Shown: positions 1-10,360 of the stretch, in pieces
Layout of the letters: each line of letters starts with the position of its first letter
Position numbering within the stretch: position 1 is the stretch's first letter
Assembly (NCBI GenBank): GCA_944320495.1
Contig: CALUHR010000013.1
Span: forward strand, 416,001-480,000
Direction of reading: 5' to 3'
DNA length: 64,000 bases
Origin: Candidatus Methanomethylophilaceae archaeon
GTDB taxonomy: Archaea; Thermoplasmatota; Thermoplasmata; Methanomassiliicoccales; Methanomethylophilaceae
The notes under the pieces: model-generated
Told to the model about the DNA's origin: nothing
Databases searched by the model: none
What the model saw: the letters and a program-made list of their open reading frames with translations, nothing else
Position numbers and translations under genes: made by a program

Positions 1-506
1 ATGGTGTCCCTCTGGTTGTAGTCCTCGATCATGGAGTCCACGCCCCTCTCGAGGTTGCGGATCTCCGCCTTCGCGTCCGCCCCGAGGTCGACGGTCTTGA
101 GCAGGTCGGCGGCACCCTGCCTGAGGAGCTCGATGTCCTCCACGAGCTTCGCATCCCATCTCACGAGGGCCTCGAGGTCGTCCTCGGTGATCTTCACGGT
201 GGAATGGAATCCGGAGTACCCGTTCACCGCCTTCCTGACGGCGACGTCGTACCTGTCGACCTTGGTCCTGATGCGCTCCATGTCGAGCATCAGGTCCGGC
301 TGGGAGACGAGCTCCCTCTGGATGGTCGCCAGGTCCGCCTTGGTGCCCTTGATCGTCTTGGCGACCTCCGCCCTCACGGCGCGGTCCTCGTCCCTGCGGA
401 GGTTCTTCTCCCTGTATCCCCTGTACCCGGGGATGTACAACGCTATCCTCTCGATGAGCGACAGCTCGCTCTTCATCTCCGATCTGACGGTCTCTTCGAC
501 TCCCAT
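1..506 (-). CDS. conserved hypothetical protein (3' end outside window), last visible gene of a 4-gene operon
   Basis: Manual translation from ATG at 506: MGVEETVRSEMKSELSLIERIALYIPGYRGYREKNLRRDEDRAVR..., open to the window edge with GC3-rich codons. It starts 2 nt after the stop of the upstream gene and is absent from the ORF track because no stop lies in the window. Confidence 0.8.
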   Translation of the reverse strand, partial: MGVEETVRSEMKSELSLIERIALYIPGYRGYREKNLRRDEDRAVRAEVAKTIKGTKADLATIQRELVSQPDLMLDMERIRTKVDRYDVAVRKAVNGYSGFHSTVKITEDDLEALVRWDAKLVEDIELLRQGAADLLKTVDLGADAKAEIRNLERGVDSMIEDYNQRDT

Positions 507-508
507 GA

Positions 509-871
509 TCACACGCTCCTGTTCTTGACCGCCAGGGCGATGCCCACGACGGCGACGATGACGATCAGGACGGCCACGGTGATCGTGACCTCCCCGGTGA
601 AGCTCCAAACGAAGCCGGTTATTCCGACGCCGGCCACGATGAGCCCTCCGGCCATGGCGGCGTCCGCGTCGGAGGGGCCGAAGCTGTCCGCCCTGCCCTT
701 CCTGGCGAAGCTGGTGGCGGCCATGTAGGCCCCGAACACCAGCAGAATCATCGAGAACGCGTTGATGGCATCCCCGGTGTACCACCAGAGGATGATGCCC
801 AGCGCAACCGCTATAAGCAGCGCCCCGGCGGCTATCGCGTTCCACGTCCTGTTGCTTCCGTTGTCTGACAT
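509..871 (-). CDS. small membrane protein, about 4 TM helices (120 aa)
   Basis: Four hydrophobic segments; GAGGT SD-like motif upstream; TGA stop. Confidence 0.8.
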   Translation of the reverse strand: MSDNGSNRTWNAIAAGALLIAVALGIILWWYTGDAINAFSMILLVFGAYMAATSFARKGRADSFGPSDADAAMAGGLIVAGVGITGFVWSFTGEVTITVAVLIVIVAVVGIALAVKNRSV

Positions 872-879
872 GTGTTACC

Positions 880-2427
880 TCGCAGTTTGAGCAGTTTATC
901 CGGGTTCGCGGCCCGGAGTATGAGGGGTTCCAGCCCTCCGAATGCGTCCGGGAGTGCGAAGCTCCCTCCGGCGGTGTCGCACGGCACGTACACCAGCCCC
1001 TTGACGCTGGGCTTGCTCAGCTTCAGCTTGGAGTGCGTCTGCGAGCACTGGGTCAGGTACATCTCCACCAGCCTGGACGCCTCGGTCCTGGTGCAGAGCG
1101 GGATGAACACGGTGCGGGATCCAGGGGACCCCTCGGATGCGGAGTCGGCGAGGCGGCCGATCCCCGCGCTCCCGCTGATGCTGTGCTCCTCGCCTTTGAG
1201 GCGGTTCAATATGGAGCTTTCGGGAGCCGCTGCGAAGATGTCGGTCAATCCCGAGCGGGGGTCGGACAGCGCCCTCTCGAACACCGTGAACACGGCGGGG
1301 ACCATCAGGTCCTCCTTCACGACCACGGACTTCTTGGAGAGGAACGAGCCGGTGGTGAAGCTGTACTGCAGGTCCACGTCCCAGAAGGGCATCAGCGAGT
1401 CGCCTCCGCCCTGGCATATCGGTATCGTGCCGCCGTTCTTGGCCGCCACGACGTCGTTGACGTAGCCGTAGAGCTCGAAGTCGCGGGCCTCCGACGTCAG
1501 CAGCCTGTTCCATTGCGGGTTGTCCGGGTATTCCGCGGAGGCGACCCCGTTGATCAGCGTGAGCGTCTTGAGCGGGTCCTTGGACGTGCCGTTGTTGACC
1601 ATGTCGACCACGTTCTTCAGCGTCCTGGTCTGGGAGATCTCCATGTCCACAGCCCTGAGGGTCACGGCGAGCCTGGGGTTGGAGAGCAGCTCCCTCTTCG
1701 CCGCCTCCAGCTCGGAGAGCCCCTCCTCCGCCTTGGCGGAGCATCCGAGGGCGTCCCCGTTGAGCACCATGTCGGATGCAGCGCAGACGTCGGACAGCGC
1801 CCTGAGCCTGGATGCGAGCGGCTCGTACCCTTCGCACTTCGCCATTGCGTCCGCCGATTCGAGGAAGTTCTTCGACATGATGGCGAAGCGCCCGGGGGAC
1901 CCGGTCTCGGTCAGCAGCTTGGAGTTGTTCAGTATCATCGCATAGGCGTTGGCGATGCCCTCGCCGGTGACGATGGATTTCCTGCTCTCGTCGTCCACGG
2001 CCATGGGCTCGACGCTCTTCAGCCTGGCCTGGAACTCGAAGGCCTGCGTGGAGGTGTGGTCGGACCTGACCGGCTCCCCCTTGCTGAACGGGAGCACGAT
2101 GAGCGGCGAGGCGATCACGGAGTTCAGCGCGAAGCGGTACTCGTTGATCTCCACGTCCACCCTGGGCTTGACGCTGTTGACGTATATGCTGTGCCTGGCG
2201 ACGGGGTCCACGTTGTCGACCGACCCCATGGCGAAGCCGCCGGGGATGGTCTTGGCGATCCAGCTCTGGATCTGCCCCATCATCTGCTCCATGTACTTCC
2301 TGGCGTCCAGCCTCTGCTGGGTGGTGCCGCAGCTGGGGCAGGTTATGTAGGGGGAGTCGGACTCTATGTCCTTCCTGTCGAGGGGCGCGCCGCAGTACTT
2401 GCAGCGCAGCTCAACCATGTCGTCCAT
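880..2427 (-). CDS. N-terminal double zinc-ribbon protein (515 aa, CGA-terminated)
   Basis: CKYC...CPSC at the N-terminus. The first in-frame CGA (880-882) lies 8 nt before the next ATG and overlaps its GAGGT SD; the ORF track runs on to a TAG at 832. Confidence 0.75.
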
Positions 2428-2428
2428 C

Positions 2429-3358
2429 TTATCTTCCCATCCTCGCGAAGGCGATCTGGCTCTGCAGCGCGGCGATCTCCGCCTGCAACCTGGCCTCCAT
2501 CGCCATCATCTCCCTCATGGACTGCTGGTAGTACTCGTTGGCGATCTCGTCGGAGCGGTTGGAGATCGCGGTGTAGCATGCCTTGCAGACGTAGATGTGG
2601 TCGTACCCCTCCCTGGACGCCGCGGCCGCAGAGGCCTTGTCCTCCAGGGACTTGGGCGCCTCCGCGGGGGCCGCGTAGAAGTTGATGCCCTCCCCGGTGG
2701 CGATCCTGCCGCATATCCAGCAGGTGCAGGTGGCGGAGTACTCCCTCACCCTGCGCAGGTTCTCCTCGGCGGACTGCCCGTTCTGCTGCCTGTACCCCGC
2801 CGCGATCTGCTGGTACTCCGCGGCCTGGGACGGATTCTCCCCGACGGTCGCGTCCGCCATGATCTCGTATGCCAGGGCCATGAGGTTGTAGAACTCGGTG
2901 GTCCCGGTGACGGAGGTGTCCTTCCTGAAGAGCGAGAGTGCGATCAGGCTGCGGTCGCCGATCCTGGACTGGAAGTCCTGGGCGAGAGCTATGAGCTGCT
3001 GTCCGCGCTCCATGCCGGACGTCCTGTCGCCGGATGAGAGCAGGGTCATCTTCCTGATGGTGAGCTCGCACTCCGTCTTCATCTCCGCCACGTCGATGGT
3101 CTCCAGCCCGAACTGGACGGTCGTGGCGGAGGTCAGCCTCTCCAGGGTCGTCAGGAGGTTCTGGTATGCCTGCATGCTGCTGAGCCTGTCCGACAGGTCG
3201 ATCAGGGCGACCTGTACGGCCGCGACGTCGTCCGTGCCGCCCTCCTTGTCTATGGATTTGATGAGGTAGTCGCGGGCCTTGTCGAACTCCCCTCTCTTGA
3301 TCAGCTCCTGGCTGTCATCGTAGAGCTCGTCGCCGTTCTTGAATAGCTTGAAAGCCAT
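2429..3358 (-). CDS. helical-repeat (TPR-like) protein with C-terminal Cys zinc finger and coiled coil (309 aa)
   Basis: Helical N-terminal region, CTCWIC...CKAC motif, heptad-rich C-terminus; TAA stop 1 nt before the next ATG. Confidence 0.75.
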   Translation of the reverse strand: MAFKLFKNGDELYDDSQELIKRGEFDKARDYLIKSIDKEGGTDDVAAVQVALIDLSDRLSSMQAYQNLLTTLERLTSATTVQFGLETIDVAEMKTECELTIRKMTLLSSGDRTSGMERGQQLIALAQDFQSRIGDRSLIALSLFRKDTSVTGTTEFYNLMALAYEIMADATVGENPSQAAEYQQIAAGYRQQNGQSAEENLRRVREYSATCTCWICGRIATGEGINFYAAPAEAPKSLEDKASAAAASREGYDHIYVCKACYTAISNRSDEIANEYYQQSMREMMAMEARLQAEIAALQSQIAFARMGR

Positions 3359-3581
3359 GTCCCATCTCCCTGGTTGAGTATGCGCGTCGCATGATTAAAT
3401 GGGTGGTCCTGGCGTTCCCCGAGCCGCGGGCCCCGTCCGCGAAGCATGGATTCCGACAACATCTCTGTATGGCCGAATATGATTAGACGTTTAGTCTATT
3501 GAATCGAATGACCTTGGATGAATGTCTAATCTTTTCAGATAATCACAACGTATAAATCAAAGATATCCCCAATCCGGGTTC

Positions 3582-5765
3582 ATGACTTACACCAGGTTCG
3601 ACGCCGTGGAGGAGGCCTTCACCCACCCTCCCATCAAGGCCGTCCCGCCCGCACCTGCCACATCGGACTACTACGGTTGCAACGTCTTCAACAGGAAGAA
3701 CATGAGGAAGTACCTCTCGGCAGACACCAGGCAGAAGGTCTACGAGTCGATCGAGCAGGGCATCACCCTCCAGAGGGACGTGGCCGAGCAGGTCGCCGCC
3801 GGCATGAAGCGCTGGGCGATGGACATGGGGGCCACCCATTACACCCACTGGTTCCAGCCCCTCACCGGCGGAACCGCCGAGAAGCACGACTCCTTCGCGG
3901 AGCCCTACGGCAAGGGCGAGAGCCTGGAGGAGTTCACCGGCAAGCTGCTGTGCCAGCAGGAGCCGGACGCGTCCTCGTTCCCCTCCGGAGGGCTGAGGAA
4001 CACCTTCGAGGCCCGCGGGTACACCGCCTGGGACCCTTCGTCGCCAGCGTTCGTCCTCGGGGACACGCTCTGCATTCCCACCGTCTTCATCTCCTACACC
4101 GGCGAGGCCCTGGATTACAAGACCCCGCTTCTGAGGTCCGAGACCGCCGTCGCCAAGGCCACCGAGGACGTCCTGAGGTACTTCGGGATCGAGAACGATG
4201 CCGTGTTCTCCTACCTCGGGTGGGAGCAGGAGTACTTCCTGGTGGACGCGTCGCTCTATGCGCTGCGCCCCGACATCATCATGGCCGAGAGGACCCTCGT
4301 CGGCCACAACTCCGCCAGGAACCAGCAGCTGGAGGACCACTACTTCGGATGCATCCCCTCCAGGGTCCTGGAGTTCATGAGGGACCTCGAGTTCTCCGCC
4401 TACAAGCTCGGCATCCCGATCAAGACCAGGCACAACGAGGTCGCCCCGAACCAGTTCGAGATCGCCCCCGTGTACGAGCAGGCGAACCTCGCGATAGACC
4501 ACAACCTGGAGCTCATGGCCCTGATGAAGACCACCGCCGAGAAGCACGGCTTCAAGGTCATCCTCCACGAGAAGCCCTTCGCAGGCATCAACGGGTCCGG
4601 GAAGCACTGCAACTGGTCCCTTGGCACCGCCTCCGGCATCGGCCTGATGTCCCCCGGGAAGACGGACGTGGAGAACCTCAGGTTCCTCGTGTTCATGGCG
4701 AACGTTCTCAAGGCCGTCTACGACAACAACGCCCTGCTCAAGGCGTCCGTCATGTCGGCGAGCAACGCCCACAGGCTCGGAGCCAACGAGGCCCCGCCGG
4801 CGATCATCTCCTGCTTCCTCGGCACCCAGGTGACCAAGGCCTTCGAGGAGCTGCTCAGCAAGGACTCCGTCAGGATCGAGGGCAAGAGCAAGTACAATCT
4901 GGGGATCCCCCAGGTCCCCGAGCTCCTGATCGACAACACCGACAGGAACAGGACCTCCCCGTTCGCGTTCACCGGCAACAGGTTCGAGTTCAGGGCGGTC
5001 GGCTCGTCGGCCAACTGCTCCAGCGCCGTCACCGTGCTGAACACCATCGTGGCCCATCAGCTCAAGCAGTTCAAGGCCGCCGTGGACAAGAGGATCGAGT
5101 CCGGCGCGTCCGTCACCCAGGCGCTGCTCGAGGAGACCAAGGAGACCTACCGCAGGTGTCAGAAGATATGCTTCGATGGCAACGGATACTCCGAGGAGTG
5201 GAAGGCCGAGGCCGCCAAGCGCGGACTGGACTGCGAGACCTCCGCCCCCGTCTGCTACGACGCCTACCTGACCAAGGAGTCCGTCGGCGTCTACAGGGAC
5301 GTGGGCGTGATGTCCGAGACCGAGCTGCGCGCCAGGGCGGAGATCTGCTGGGAGATCTACTCCAAGAAGGTGGAGATCGAGGCCCGTGTGCTCGCCGACC
5401 TCACGGCCAACCACATCCTGCCCGTCGCCACCAGGTACGAGTCGGTCCTGCTGGACAACGTCTCGAAGATGAAGGACATCTTCACCGAGAAGGACGAGTT
5501 CGAGCAGGTGGCCGCCGCCGAGATCCAGATCATCAAGGACATCGCCACCCACTGCAGCGCGGCCAGGTCCCTGGCCGTGGAGATGGAGGACGAGTGCGAT
5601 GCCATCCTCGGCAAGGATTCCGAGAGGGAGAAGGCGGTCGCATTCCACGACAAGATCACCGGGTACCTTGACAGGATAAGGGAGCACGTCGACGCCCTCG
5701 AGATGATCGTCGACGACGAGATGTGGCCCCTGCCCAAGTACCGCGAGCTGCTGTTCATCCGCTGA
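3582..5765 (+). CDS. glnA: glutamine synthetase type III
   Basis: 727 aa; HWFQPLTG, EPDASSFPSGGLR, HNEVAPNQFE, NGSGKHCNWS and DRNRTSPFAFTGNRFEFRAVGS motifs typical of GSIII. Confidence 0.97.
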   Translation: MTYTRFDAVEEAFTHPPIKAVPPAPATSDYYGCNVFNRKNMRKYLSADTRQKVYESIEQGITLQRDVAEQVAAGMKRWAMDMGATHYTHWFQPLTGGTAEKHDSFAEPYGKGESLEEFTGKLLCQQEPDASSFPSGGLRNTFEARGYTAWDPSSPAFVLGDTLCIPTVFISYTGEALDYKTPLLRSETAVAKATEDVLRYFGIENDAVFSYLGWEQEYFLVDASLYALRPDIIMAERTLVGHNSARNQQLEDHYFGCIPSRVLEFMRDLEFSAYKLGIPIKTRHNEVAPNQFEIAPVYEQANLAIDHNLELMALMKTTAEKHGFKVILHEKPFAGINGSGKHCNWSLGTASGIGLMSPGKTDVENLRFLVFMANVLKAVYDNNALLKASVMSASNAHRLGANEAPPAIISCFLGTQVTKAFEELLSKDSVRIEGKSKYNLGIPQVPELLIDNTDRNRTSPFAFTGNRFEFRAVGSSANCSSAVTVLNTIVAHQLKQFKAAVDKRIESGASVTQALLEETKETYRRCQKICFDGNGYSEEWKAEAAKRGLDCETSAPVCYDAYLTKESVGVYRDVGVMSETELRARAEICWEIYSKKVEIEARVLADLTANHILPVATRYESVLLDNVSKMKDIFTEKDEFEQVAAAEIQIIKDIATHCSAARSLAVEMEDECDAILGKDSEREKAVAFHDKITGYLDRIREHVDALEMIVDDEMWPLPKYRELLFIR

Positions 5766-5778
5766 GAGATTGGTTCAG

Positions 5779-8700
5779 ATGTCGGGACGGGACTACGGAG
5801 GGCTGTACGACACGGAGGACGCCCGCGACAGCTGCGGCGTCGGCCTGGTCGTCGACATCGGCGGGAGGAGGTCCCACTCCGTCGTGGAGAAGGGCCTCCG
5901 CCTCATCGAGGGCATGGCCCACAGAGGCGCGGAGAACGGGGACGGCAGGAGCGGGGACGGCGCGGGGATACTCGTGCAGATCCCCCACGGGTTCGTCTCG
6001 TCCCTGGGGATCCCAGTCCCCGAGGCGGGCAGGTACGGCACGGGGCTGGTCTTCCTCCCGAAGGACAGGGATCAGGGCGACGCCCTGCTCGCGGTCCTGG
6101 AGGGGATCTGCGCGGAGCACGCGGTCAGCGTGATCGCCGTCCGCGAGGTGCCGGTCGACCACACGGTCCCGGGACCCATGGCCCTGGAGGGGGAGCCGCG
6201 CATCGTGCAGGTGTTCGCATCCTCCTACGATTCGCAGGAGACCCTCGAGAGGAAGCTGTTCGTCATCAGGAAGACCGCCGGCAACAGGATCGCTGCGTCG
6301 GACATGCCCGGGAGGGACGGGTTCTACATCTGCTCGCTCTCCACCCGCACCATGGTGTACAAGGGGATGCTCACGCCGGAGCAGCTCCGCGCGTACTACC
6401 CCGACCTGTCGGACCCGATGTTCGAGTCGGCCATCGCGATGGTCCATTCCAGGTTCAGCACCAACACCCTGCCCGCATGGAAGCTGGCGCAGCCCTTCAG
6501 GATGCTGTGCCACAACGGCGAGATCAACACCATCCGCGCCAACCGCGCGTGGATGGGCGCCAGGGAGGGCGTGCTGTCGGCGCCGGCGCTCCCGCGCTCC
6601 GACGGGATCTTCCCTGTGGTCCAGGCGGGCATGAGCGACTCCGCGTCGCTGGACAACGTCTTCGAGTTCCTGACCATGGCCGGGAAGTCGATGCCCAACG
6701 CGCTGTCCATCATGATCCCGGAGTCATGGAACGACAGGAACCCCATCCCGGACAGCCTCAAGGCCTACTACGAATACCATTCCATAATGATGGAGCCCTG
6801 GGACGGCCCAGCCGCGGTGATGTTCACCGACGGCGTGCTCGCCGGGGGGATGCTGGACCGCAACGGCCTGCGCCCCGCCAGGTACGCCGTGACCGCCGAC
6901 GGCGAGTTCATCCTCGCCTCCGAGGCGGGGATAATCCGCAGGATGCCCGGGGAGACCATCGAGACCGGCCGCATCAGACCCGGGAAGATGATCCTCGTGG
7001 ACACGTCCGAGGGCCGCATCCTCCGCGACTCGGAGATCAAGGAGGTCCTCGCCTCCGCCTACCCGTACAGGGACTGGCTCGAGAGGAACCGCCTCGACCT
7101 GGACAGGCTCTCCTCCGGTAGGCAGGTCGGACGCGCCGTGGAGGACCTGACGGTCATGGAGTCCCGCTTCGGGTACACCGCGGAGGACATCGACAGGATC
7201 ATCGCGCCCATGGTGTCCGGAGGAAAGGAGCCCGTGGGCTCGGCGGCGTACGACGCGCCCCTGGCCGTGCTCTCGGACAGGCCGCAGTCCCTGTTCTCGT
7301 ACTTCAGGCAGCTCTTCGCGCAGGTCACCAACCCTCCGATCGACCCGATCAGGGAGGAGCTGGTGATGTCCATCACGGGCTACGTCGGTTCGGTGAGCCA
7401 GAGCATCCTGGACCCGACGCCCAGGAACTGCAAGGTAGTGAAGGTCCGCCACCCGGTCATAACCAACAGGGAGCTGGACCTGCTCCGCAACCTCCGCTAC
7501 AGGGGGTTCGATGCCGTGACGATCGATACCACGTTCCCCGCGGCCGGCGGCCCCGGGGCGCTCGGCCCCGAGATCGACCGCGTCTGCCGCGAGGCGGAGA
7601 GGGCGGTGGACGACGGTAACGCGTTCGTGATCCTCTCGGACCGCGCGGTCTCGGCGGAGAGGGCGCCGATGCCCTCGCTCCTCGCGCTGTCCGCCGTTCA
7701 CCAGCACCTGCTGTCCAGGAAGAAGAGGATGCAGACCGCGCTGGTCGTGGAGTCCGGGGAGCCGCGCGAGGTCATGCACTTCGCTCTCCTGATCGGATAC
7801 GGGGCCAACGCGGTCAACCCGTACCTGGCGCTCGCCGCCGCGGAGGAGCTGTCCGATTCGGGCCGCATCAGGATGGACGCCGATGCGGCCGAGGCCTCGT
7901 ACATCAGGGCGGTGGAGAAGGGCCTGCTGAAGGTGATGTCCAAGATGGGCGTCGCCACCATCCGCTCCTACAGGGGATCGGGCCTGTTCGAGGCCGTGGG
8001 GATATCCCACGAGGTCGCCGACAGGTACTTCGGGGGAGCGTCCTCGGAGGTGTCCGGGGTGGGCCCCGATGGCATCGCCGCGGACTATCTGAGGATGCAC
8101 GCATCCGCCGGCGGGGAGCTGGAGGACGCGGGCGTGTACTCGTACAGGAAGGACGGGGAGCGCCACAGCTGGTCCCCGGAGGTCGTCAGGGCCCTGCGCC
8201 AGGCCGCCAGGAGCGGCGATCCGGACGACTACGCCAGGTTCGCCGACGCCGCCGACAGGGGGCTGTTCCACATCCGCGACCTCCTGGAGATAAGGGAGGG
8301 CGACCCGGTGCCCATCGGGTCGGTCGAATCCGCCGAGTCGATCATGCACAGGTTCGAGGCGGCTGCCATATCCTTCGGGGCCATCAGCAGGCAGGCCCAC
8401 GAGACGCTCGCCGAGGCCATGAACTCGCTGGGCTGCAGGAGCAACACCGGCGAAGGAGGGGAGGACGAGGCCAGGTTCGGGCCGCTCCCCGGTGGCAGGA
8501 GCCGCCGCTCCGCCGTGAAGCAGGTGGCTTCCGGGAGGTTCGGCGTCACCGCCGCCTACCTCGTGGACGCCGACGACATACAGATCAAGGTCGCCCAGGG
8601 CGCGAAGCCCGGGGAGGGCGGCCAGCTGATGGGGTTCAAGGTGGACGCGGCGATCGCCGCCGTCAGGCACACGATCCCGGGGGTCACGCTGATCTCCCCG

Positions 8701-10185
8701 CCCCCACATCACGACATCTACTCCATCGAGGACCTGAAGCAGCTGATCCACGACCTGAAGTGCGTCAACCCGCGCGCCAGGATAAGCGTCAAGCTCGTCT
8801 CCGAGACGGGCATAGGGACCGTCGCCGCCGGCGTGGCGAAGGCAGGTGCGGACGCGATCGTGGTCTGCGGGGCCGACGGCGGGACGGGCGCCAGTCCGCT
8901 CTCGTCGATGCGCTACGCGGGGGCCCCCTGGGAGACGGGGCTGTCCGAGGTCCAGCAGGCGCTCGTCGCCAACGGGCTGAGGGACAGGGTCGCCGTGCAG
9001 GTGGACGGCCAGCTCAGGACCGGCCGCGACGTGATCGTGGCGGCGCTCATGGGGGCGGAGGAGTTCGGCTTCGCCACCGCACCGATGATCGCGATGGGCT
9101 GCGTCATGTGCAGGAAGTGCCAGACCAACACCTGCCCCGTCGGCATAGCCACCCAGGACCCCTCCAGGACGGCGAAGTTCGCCGGCACCGCCGACGACGT
9201 GAGGAACTACTGGAGGCTCCTGGCCGAGGACGTCCGCGGGAGGCTCGCCGCCATGGGCTTCACATCCCTCGGCGACATCATCGGGAGGACGGACCTGCTG
9301 TGCAGGAGATCCGTCGGCGGAAGGTCGGACTCGCTGGACCTGGGCCCGATGCTCGTCCGTCCCGAAGGGCCGGCCAGCCTCGGGGCCGGCCAGCCAGAGG
9401 AGGACCTAGGACAGATCGACAGGATGGTGATCGGATACGCCGAGGACGCGCTTTCCGGCGGCGGGCCCGTGGAGCTCTCCTGCCCGATAGCGAACACGGA
9501 TCGCTCGGTGGGCGCCATGCTCGCCGGCGAGGCGGTCAGGAGAGGGGCGAAGCTGTCCGACGGCGCGATCCGCGTGACGTTCACCGGGGCGGCGGGCCAG
9601 AGTTTCGGCGCGTTCCTCGTGCCCGGCATCGAGTTCCGCCTCAGGGGAGTGGCCAACGACTACGTCGGCAAGGGGCTGTCCGGAGGCCGCATCATCGTCA
9701 CGCCGGACGGGGACGCCTCCGAGGGCAACGTCATCGCGGGGAACACCCTGATGTACGGGGCGACGTCGGGCGAGCTGTACGTCGCCGGTTCCGTCGGCGA
9801 GAGGTTCTGCGTCAGGAACAGCGGCGCCGTGGCCGTCTGCGAGGGCGCCGGCGACCACTGCTGCGAGTACATGACAGGAGGCAGGGTCGTGGTCCTCGGG
9901 CGCTGCGGCAGGAACTTCGCCGCGGGGATGTCCGCGGGCATAGCGTACGTCTACGACGAGGACGGCGACTTCGACAGGCACTGCAACATGGACCTGGTGG
10001 AGCTCAGTCTCGTGGAGTCCGGGCAGGACGTCGCCGAACTGAGGTCCATCATAGAGAACCACCGCCGCCTGACCGGATCACCGACGGCGGGACGCATCCT
10101 GGAGCATTGGGACGAGGAGCTGCCGAGGTTCCTCAAGGTCATACCCGTCGGCTACAAGCTCCTGCTGGAGCAGTCCTCGGAGTGA
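5779..10185 (+). CDS. gltB: glutamate synthase large subunit (full-length bacterial type)
   Basis: DSCGVG propeptide/Ntn Cys, HSRFSTNT, HNGEINT, QIKVAQGAKPGEGGQL, CVMCRKCQTNTCPVG 3Fe-4S motif and C-terminal GXGXG domain. Confidence 0.97.
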   Translation: MSGRDYGGLYDTEDARDSCGVGLVVDIGGRRSHSVVEKGLRLIEGMAHRGAENGDGRSGDGAGILVQIPHGFVSSLGIPVPEAGRYGTGLVFLPKDRDQGDALLAVLEGICAEHAVSVIAVREVPVDHTVPGPMALEGEPRIVQVFASSYDSQETLERKLFVIRKTAGNRIAASDMPGRDGFYICSLSTRTMVYKGMLTPEQLRAYYPDLSDPMFESAIAMVHSRFSTNTLPAWKLAQPFRMLCHNGEINTIRANRAWMGAREGVLSAPALPRSDGIFPVVQAGMSDSASLDNVFEFLTMAGKSMPNALSIMIPESWNDRNPIPDSLKAYYEYHSIMMEPWDGPAAVMFTDGVLAGGMLDRNGLRPARYAVTADGEFILASEAGIIRRMPGETIETGRIRPGKMILVDTSEGRILRDSEIKEVLASAYPYRDWLERNRLDLDRLSSGRQVGRAVEDLTVMESRFGYTAEDIDRIIAPMVSGGKEPVGSAAYDAPLAVLSDRPQSLFSYFRQLFAQVTNPPIDPIREELVMSITGYVGSVSQSILDPTPRNCKVVKVRHPVITNRELDLLRNLRYRGFDAVTIDTTFPAAGGPGALGPEIDRVCREAERAVDDGNAFVILSDRAVSAERAPMPSLLALSAVHQHLLSRKKRMQTALVVESGEPREVMHFALLIGYGANAVNPYLALAAAEELSDSGRIRMDADAAEASYIRAVEKGLLKVMSKMGVATIRSYRGSGLFEAVGISHEVADRYFGGASSEVSGVGPDGIAADYLRMHASAGGELEDAGVYSYRKDGERHSWSPEVVRALRQAARSGDPDDYARFADAADRGLFHIRDLLEIREGDPVPIGSVESAESIMHRFEAAAISFGAISRQAHETLAEAMNSLGCRSNTGEGGEDEARFGPLPGGRSRRSAVKQVASGRFGVTAAYLVDADDIQIKVAQGAKPGEGGQLMGFKVDAAIAAVRHTIPGVTLISPPPHHDIYSIEDLKQLIHDLKCVNPRARISVKLVSETGIGTVAAGVAKAGADAIVVCGADGGTGASPLSSMRYAGAPWETGLSEVQQALVANGLRDRVAVQVDGQLRTGRDVIVAALMGAEEFGFATAPMIAMGCVMCRKCQTNTCPVGIATQDPSRTAKFAGTADDVRNYWRLLAEDVRGRLAAMGFTSLGDIIGRTDLLCRRSVGGRSDSLDLGPMLVRPEGPASLGAGQPEEDLGQIDRMVIGYAEDALSGGGPVELSCPIANTDRSVGAMLAGEAVRRGAKLSDGAIRVTFTGAAGQSFGAFLVPGIEFRLRGVANDYVGKGLSGGRIIVTPDGDASEGNVIAGNTLMYGATSGELYVAGSVGERFCVRNSGAVAVCEGAGDHCCEYMTGGRVVVLGRCGRNFAAGMSAGIAYVYDEDGDFDRHCNMDLVELSLVESGQDVAELRSIIENHRRLTGSPTAGRILEHWDEELPRFLKVIPVGYKLLLEQSSE

Positions 10186-10187
10186 CG

Positions 10188-10211
10188 CGGACGGGGTCCA
10201 GACCCCGTCCG
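10188..10211 (+). terminator. GC-rich inverted repeat after gltB
   Basis: cggacggggtc-ca-gaccccgtccg, 11-bp perfect arms just after the stop. Confidence 0.55.
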
Positions 10212-10360
10212 GCCTCCGTCGGGGGCCAGCCGACCGAGTGCTCCTCAAACCCTTTCCCTTTCCGCGCCCCTTTAGAAGGGGGACCAATCAAGCTTATATA
10301 GAAGTTCTAACATAAGCGGGTTTAGAAGTCCGTACTATCGGATCATTCGGAGGAACTAAT

